Assembly (NCBI RefSeq): GCF_018389705.1
Contig: NZ_CP065581.1
Span: forward strand, 510,001-542,000
Direction of reading: 5' to 3'
Length of the DNA stretch: 32,000 nucleotides
Source of the DNA: Mycoplasma mycoides subsp. capri
Lineage (GTDB): Bacteria; Bacillota_I; Bacilli_A; Mycoplasmatales; Mycoplasmataceae
The notes beneath the pieces are model-generated. The model was not told where the DNA came from and ran no database searches. It saw nothing but the letters and a program-made list of their open reading frames with translations. The number at the start of each line of letters is the position of its first letter. Position 1 is the first letter of the stretch. Shown here piece by piece: positions 25,800-32,000 of this stretch. A program made the position numbers and the translations under genes.

Positions 25800-26953
25800 T
25801 TTTTATACTCCTTTAGTACTTCTATTTTATCTAATTTTTCTCATGGTAAATCTTTTTTACCAAAATGACCATATTTAGAAGTTTTAAAAAAGATTGGTTT
25901 TTTTAAATCTAAAGTTTTGATCATACTACTTACACTAAAATCAAAATTTTCATAAACTGCTTTATAAATAGTATTTAGATCTACTTTATGTGTATTAAAA
26001 GTTTCTATAAAAATTGAAATTGGTTGACTAATTCCAATAGCATAACTTACTTGAATTTCTATTTTATCAGCTAAACCAGCAGCTACTAAGTTTTTTGCAA
26101 CATACCTACACATATAAGCAGCAGAACGATCTACTTTAGTTGAATCCTTACCACTAAAAGCTCCACCACCATGTCTTGAATAACCACCATAAGTATCTGC
26201 TATAATTTTTCTTCCAGTTAAACCAGTATCTCCTTGTGGTCCTCCAATTACAAATCTACCTGTTGGATTAATTAAAACTTTAAAATCAGTATTTAAATTA
26301 AATTCTTTAGCAACTAGATCCATTATATTTTCTTTAATATATTTTTTAAATTCAATTTCATTATAATTTGGATCATGTTGAATAGACATTAAAATAGTAT
26401 CGATTTTAGGATTATTAATATTTGTATAATCAATTGTAACTTGAGATTTCATATCAGGTCTTGCTCATTTAAAAAGACCTTTTTTTCTTTGAGATGTAGC
26501 ATTATAAACTAATTCATGAGCAATAGTAATTGCTAGTGGTAAATATGTTTTTGATTCATTTGTAGCATAACCAAACATAATTCCTTGATCACCAGCTCCA
26601 ATTTGATCATTACTTAATTCAACACCTTGGGCAATATCTGGTGATTGTGATTCAATTTTTATATCAATTTTACAAGTATTAGCATTAATACCATAAGCAT
26701 CATCAACATAACCAATTTTTTTTAATACATCTCTTGCAACTTGTTCATAATCAACAATTGCAGTTGAACTAATTTGACCACCAATTAATAAATAATTAGT
26801 TGTTGCAAATACTTCACAAGCTACTTTAGCATTTTTATCTTGTTTTAGTACTTCATCTAAAATAGCATCTGAAATTTGATCACAAATTTTATCAGGGTGT
26901 CCTTCACTAACGCTTTCACTAGTAAATAATCTTTTTTCTATATTTTGATTCAT
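25790..26953 (-). CDS. metK: S-adenosylmethionine synthetase
   Basis: 388-codon joined frame. RLFTSESVSEGHPDKICDQISDAIL, GAGDQGIMFGYA, and FVIGGPQGDTGLTGRKIIADTYGGYSRHGGGAFSGKD. TAG at 25790-25792. Confidence 0.97.
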
Positions 26954-26990
26954 TTTTATTTTCCTTTTATTTTGAATTAATGAAAATTAA

Positions 26991-27020
26991 AAAACCATAA
27001 CAATAAAATTGTCATGGTTT
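26991..27020 (-). terminator. Riboswitch expression-platform terminator upstream of metK
   Basis: Minus-strand RNA aaaccatgacaa-tttta-ttgttatggttttttaatt: about 12 bp stem with one G-U pair, then a U-tract. Confidence 0.8.
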
Positions 27021-27048
27021 AAGACAATCTCATTGTTAGCTTAAAGCC

Positions 27049-27120
27049 CTTATTTAAGCACCTAATCTAATAGGTTGCTACCACTTCACTAAGTTTTATC
27101 TCTCCATGGTTCTTAATAAG
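27049..27120 (-). ncRNA. SAM-I (S-box)-like riboswitch aptamer in the metK leader
   Basis: Minus-strand RNA CUUAUUAAGAACCAUGGAGAGAUAAAACUUAGUGAAGUGGUAGCAACCUAUUAGAUUAGGUGCUUAAAUAAG. P1 CUUAUU/AAUAAG; AAGA; P2 ACCA/UGGU with GGAGAGA and UGAAG kink-turn-like strands; GCAACCU...AGGUGC (P3). Confidence 0.8.
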
Positions 27121-27162
27121 ATATTATTTGGTTTTCTAATCTTTATTATTTTAACACAACTA

Positions 27163-27936
27163 TTAATCTTTAATAGTTAATCTTTTAATACTTGTTGCTT
27201 TATTTGTTTTATCATCAATTTCAATAACTACAGCATTTAATCAACACTTACCAGTTGCTATATTAAATTTAACAGGTAAACCAGTTTTTGCCCTTTTAAT
27301 TACATCATTAACTTCAACACCAATTATTGAATCAATCACACCAGTCATTCCAATATCTGAAATAAAAGCAGTTTTATTTGGTAATAATCTTTCATCAGCA
27401 GTCATCACATGAGTATGAGTTCCAACAAATGCTGTTATTATTCCATCATAATTAAAAGCAAAAGCAATTTTTTCAGCTGTACTTTCAGCATGAAAATCTA
27501 CTAATAAAATATCAAAATCAGTATTAGTTTTTAAAAACTCATCTAGTGCATCATATGGATTATTAACTGTATCCATAAAGCTTTGTCCCATTAAACTAAC
27601 AACAGCTATCTTTTTTTTATTTTTATTAACTATAACATATCCATTACCTGGAGTATGTTTACTCATATTTAAAGGTTTTAATAAATCATTAGTTGTTTTA
27701 ATATATTCTAAAACTTCAGCATTTTTAAAAATATGATTACCACTAGTAATAACATCAACATTTAATGATTTATAAAAATCATAATGCTTTTTACAAATAG
27801 ATTTTCCATGAGTTGTGTTTTCTCCATTAACAACAATAAAATCTATTTGATTTTGATCAACAATATTTTTTAAATGTTTTTCTAACATTTCTCTTCCCGG
27901 TTTTGCATAAACATCTCCGATCATTAATACTTTCAT
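27163..27936 (-). CDS. YmdB-family metallophosphoesterase (cyclic nucleotide phosphodiesterase-like)
   Basis: 258-codon joined frame. MKVLMIGDVYAKPGREMLEKHL, FIVVNGENTTHGKSI, DVITSGNHIFKN, and VGTHTHVMTADERLLPN. ATG at 27936 (the track's 27939 start is a TTG). Confidence 0.9.
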
Positions 27937-28265
27937 CAAATCACCTCTTTTAAACTTTTTATAAATTGTTTTTCATCTATTTGATTTGTTTCAATTTTAT
28001 TAATTAGAGAAATTAGTAAATCTTGTTTTTGTTTTAAATGTAATTTTGTTTCTAAACTAAATAATAATTTACTAGTTTTAGAAATAGAATCATAAACTGC
28101 TGTTTTTGAAATATTAAATTCATCAGCAATTTCAGATAATGATAAATCTTCATCAATATATAATTCAAAATATTGTTTTTGTTTATCAGTTAATAGTTCT
28201 TTATAAATTTTAAATAACTCAGATAATTCTAATGTTTTTTCTAATAAATTATTTTTCAACTTCAT
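27924..28265 (-). CDS. ylxM: YlxM/P13-like SRP-associated DNA-binding (HTH) protein, UPF0122
   Basis: [68 protein letters not shown]. Start trimmed to ATG 28265. The track stop at 27936 is TGA(Trp); the frame continues EVIWWKY to TAA 27924-27926. Confidence 0.88.
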
Positions 28266-29487
28266 CACCTTGCATAAATCCAGAAGATAAATGAACAATA
28301 TATTGATCAATATCAAAAGCTAAAAGATCATCTACTTTTTCACCAACTCCTATCATTTTAATAGGAATATTTAATAATTCTTTAATAGCTAGACCAATTC
28401 CACCTTTACTTGTTGAATCCATTTTAGTTAAAATAATTCCACTAACATCAGCAACTTTTGAAAATTCTTCTGCTTGAATTACTCCGTTTTGTCCTGTTGT
28501 TGCATCAATTACTAATAAAACTTCATGTGGAGCTGATTTTTCTACTTGTTGAATAATTTTATTCATTTTTTCTAATTCAGCCATTAAATTAGTTTTGTTT
28601 TGTAATCTACCAGCAGTATCAATTAATAATAGATCATAATTTTGTTCTTTTGCTTTTTTAATAGCATCAAAAACAACACTTGCAGGGTCAGCATTTAATT
28701 TATTTGCTTTAACTAAATCTACTTTATTATTTAATCTAGTTTTGATTCACTCTTCTAATTGTTGAGTAGCTCCAGCTCTAAAAGTATCAGCAGCAGCTAT
28801 TAAGACTTTATATCCTAATTCAGCATAATAATTAGCCATTTTAGCTAAAGAAGTAGTTTTTCCTGTTCCATTAACTCCAACTAGCATAAAAATGTTTAAT
28901 CTATTTTCTTTAAAATCTATACGATATTTTTTATTAGTTCAATCATTATCTGTATAAGCTTGGTATAAAGATTCAACTAAAGCATCTTTAATGTTTTCAA
29001 AAGAAGTATCTCTTTTAGTTTTTTTTCTAACTAAATTAGAAACTTTTAAAACCATTTTCATACCCATATCAGTTTGGATTAAAACATCTTCTAGTTCTTC
29101 AAAAAACTCATCATCTGCTTGTTTATATTTTTTAGAAAGTTTTTTAATATCTTTAGAAAAGTTAAAAGCTGATTTAAGCATTGCTTTTTCAACTTTTTTA
29201 TCTTTTTCTTTTTGTTTTTCTCTTTTCTTTTTTTCTTTTAGAGTTTCAGTTTGCTTTTCTTGTTTTTTAGTTTCACTAGTTTTTGTTTTTTTAATTTTAT
29301 TTTCTTTTATTATTTCAACTTGTTTATCTTGATTAACAACAGGTTCTTGTTCAATTTCTTTTTCAATAATTTGTTCTTGTTCTTCTTGTTGATCTTGTTG
29401 TTCTTGTTGATCTAAAATAGGTTCATCTTGTTCAACTTGATTAGTTTTTTTAGTTAGTTTTTCTTTTAATTTAGCTCAAAAACCCAT
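28249..29487 (-). CDS. ftsY: Signal recognition particle receptor FtsY
   Basis: 413-codon joined frame. Acidic/basic charged N-terminal region, then [71 protein letters not shown], and [13 protein letters not shown]. Confidence 0.95.
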
Positions 29488-29553
29488 AATATTCTCCTTT
29501 TAAAAACTAGTTAACTTAATTTTATAATCTATTATTAATTAATTCTAATTACT

Positions 29554-30228
29554 CTATTTATTTATTTTTTCAGTTTTTTCTATAAACTTACTTGTTTTTA
29601 TGAAATTAATGATTTCTTGAACATTTAATAAATGATCTCCAGCTCTTTCTAAATTAAACATTTGTTTTAAAACAGCTGCTATTTCTTCAGCTTCTGCTTT
29701 TGTTGTTTTTTGTCTAATATCATCTATTAATTGATCATAAAATGATCTAAATTTTGTATTAATTTTTTCTTCTAAACTTAAAACTTGTTGTTCTTTATCA
29801 ACTTTTAAATTTTCAAAAATATCTGAAAAAATATCTAACATTTCAACAACTAATTCATATAATTCACTAATCATTAAAAGATGTTTTTCATTTGGTTTAT
29901 AATAAATAAAAAATTTAGAAATTCCTTTTGAATAATCAGCAATTCTTTCAATTTCTCTAGTAATTAAAATTCCACCAATTGCTAATCTTAAATCTTTTGC
30001 TACTAATTTTTGTTTTGAAATTTTTCATAAAGCAATTGAAGTAAACTCATTTTGCATATCATTAATGATTTTGTCATGTTCAATTACTTTTTGAGCATCA
30101 ATTAATTTGTTTTCTTCTTTAATTACAAGATAACTATTTGCATATTGAATTTTAGTTTCTTCTATCATATTTTCAATAAGTGATCTTAATTGGTCAAGAT
30201 CGCGATCTAATATTTTATTACTTGACAT
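29554..30228 (-). CDS. phoU: Phosphate transport system regulator PhoU
   Basis: 225-codon joined frame. MSSNKILDRDLDQLRSLIENMIEE..., FNLERAGDHLLNVQEI (metal-binding E/D motif). Next to pstB. Confidence 0.9.
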
Positions 30229-30236
30229 ATTATTTC

Positions 30237-31046
30237 CTATTCATATCTACCTGATATATAATTTTCAGTTCTTCTATCTTTTGGGTTTGTAAAGATTTTT
30301 TTAGTTTTATTAAATTCAACTAATTCACCTTTTAAAAAGTATCCTGTATAATCACTTATTCTTGTAGCTTGTTGTAAAGAGTGAGTTACCATAACAATTG
30401 TATAATCTTTTTTTAGATCTAAAACTAATTCTTCTACTTTTAAAGTAGCAATAGGATCTAGTGCACTTGTTGGTTCATCCATTAATAAAATTTTTGGTTT
30501 CATAGCTATTGCTCTAGCTATACATAATCTTTGTTGCTGTCCACCAGATAATCCTAAAGCTGGTGAAGTTAAAATATCTTTAACTTCATCTCATAAAGCA
30601 GCTTTAACTAATGATTCTTCACAAATTTGATCTAAGATTTTTTTATCTTTAATTCCTAAAGAACGTAATCCATAAACAACATTATCATAAATAGAAATTG
30701 GAAATGGATTAGGTTTTTGAAATACCATTCCAACTTCAGTTCTTAATTTTGTAATATCAATATCTTTATCAAAAATATCTTTATCAAAAATTTTAATAAC
30801 TCCAGACATTTTTACTCCATCAATCAAATCATTTAATCGATTAATAGATTTTAATAATGTGGTTTTACCACAACCTGAAGGTCCTATAAATGTAGTAATT
30901 GATTTTTCTTTAATTTCCATATTTATATTAAATAAAGATTGGGTTTTTCCTTTGTTATAAAAAAAGTTAAAATCTTTAATTTCAATAGCAGTTTTTAAAG
31001 GTTCTTTTTTTGGTTTTGTATTAGTTATTAATTGTTCATTATTCAT
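30237..31046 (-). CDS. pstB: Phosphate ABC transporter ATP-binding protein
   Basis: 270-codon joined frame. [55 protein letters not shown], and [20 protein letters not shown]. Confidence 0.97.
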
Positions 31047-32000
31047 AATTGTTATCTCTTTTTTTAAGTTTTTTATATTCTTTTTTATATTTAATAGTTT
31101 TTTTAATTTCTTTAAATAAATTAGTGATGTTAAGATATTTTTTTAAACTTTTAATAAACTGCTTTAAACTGTTTTTAAATAAATTAAGTTGTGTTTTATA
31201 AAATTGTTTATTGATAAAGTTTTTATAAATTTGTTTAAATTCAAATTTTACTTTTTTATTAGTTTTAACTAGTAATAATGAAAGTTTAGAACTTGATAAA
31301 TTTAAAGTTAAAACAAAAATAATTGTAATTAATGACATTAATCAAGCAATATCATTACCTTGACCAGGAGCTGATTCACTAGCTATTTTATAAATTCCTG
31401 TAGTTAAAGTTGATCCTGAAGATAAAAATCCTCTATCTGGATATTTAATAGCTGTACCTAAAGTTAAATAAATAGGAGCTGATTCACCAATAATTCTAGC
31501 CATAGCTAAAATAGTTCCAGTAATAATTGCTTGTAAGGCATTTGGTAAAACTATTTTAAATAAAGTTTTAGTTTTACTTAACCCTAAAGCAATAGCGGCT
31601 TCTCTATATGAAAGTGGAACTGAAGTTAAAGCATCTTCAAAATTTTTAATCAACATTGGTAAAACAACAATTGTCATTGTAATTGATGCTGAAAAAATTG
31701 AAAAAGGTAATTTTAAATAAATAATAAATACAGATAATCCAAAAATTCCAAAAATAATTGATGGAGTTGAAGCTGCTAGATTTAATAAAAATCTAAAAAA
31801 CTTAGCAAAATAAGAATTTTTATTAGCAAACTCACTAAGATAAATAGCACAAGCTAAAGCTAAAGGTATAGCAAATAATAACGTACATAATATTAATAAT
31901 AATGTAGTTAGAATGGCTGCAAATATTCCATCTTCACCTTCAATAGTTAAAAATGCTTCACTATATTTTAAACTTGATAGCCCATTAAATATAGTTGTAA
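31039..32000 (-). CDS. pstA: Phosphate ABC transporter permease PstA (partial, 5' end off window)
   Basis: Open frame through the window edge. Permease motif [47 protein letters not shown]; multiple hydrophobic segments; Lys-rich C-terminal tail. Confidence 0.92.

Noticed and set aside
28991-29332. Plus-strand 113-aa ORF ([19 protein letters not shown]...)
   Set aside because: Exactly antisense to the low-complexity charged N-terminal region of ftsY; Phe/Leu/Ser-rich composition is the shadow of Glu/Lys codons. Not independent coding evidence.

Overview
The window is an AT-rich Mollicutes chromosome segment, and gene content and sequence style point to the Mycoplasma mycoides/capricolum group. 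In-frame TGA codons encode Trp throughout, so most real genes appear as several fragments in the supplied standard-code ORF track; I rejoined them by frame. Minus-strand genes: recD2-like helicase (partial), parC, parE, gapN, a TrmH/SpoU rRNA methyltransferase, an all-alpha dUTPase-like protein, a small membrane protein, pgi, an M13 metallopeptidase, 5-formyl-THF cyclo-ligase, sufU and sufS. After the plus-strand operon the minus-strand genes continue: yhaM-like HD protein, ung, manA, trmFO, cutC-like, metK, ymdB-like, ylxM, ftsY, phoU, pstB and pstA (partial). The only plus-strand operon (about 15.6-21.1 kb) encodes two large lipoproteins followed directly by a HIT-family protein (HinT). It resembles the P60/P80/HinT locus described in M. 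hominis. The best RNA-level signal is a SAM-I (S-box)-like riboswitch with a downstream terminator on the minus strand before metK. It appears to lack the usual P4 helix and may control an overlapping metK-cutC-trmFO cluster. I found no convincing mobile element, CRISPR array, rRNA or tRNA. All work was by eye; no folding or database search was run.
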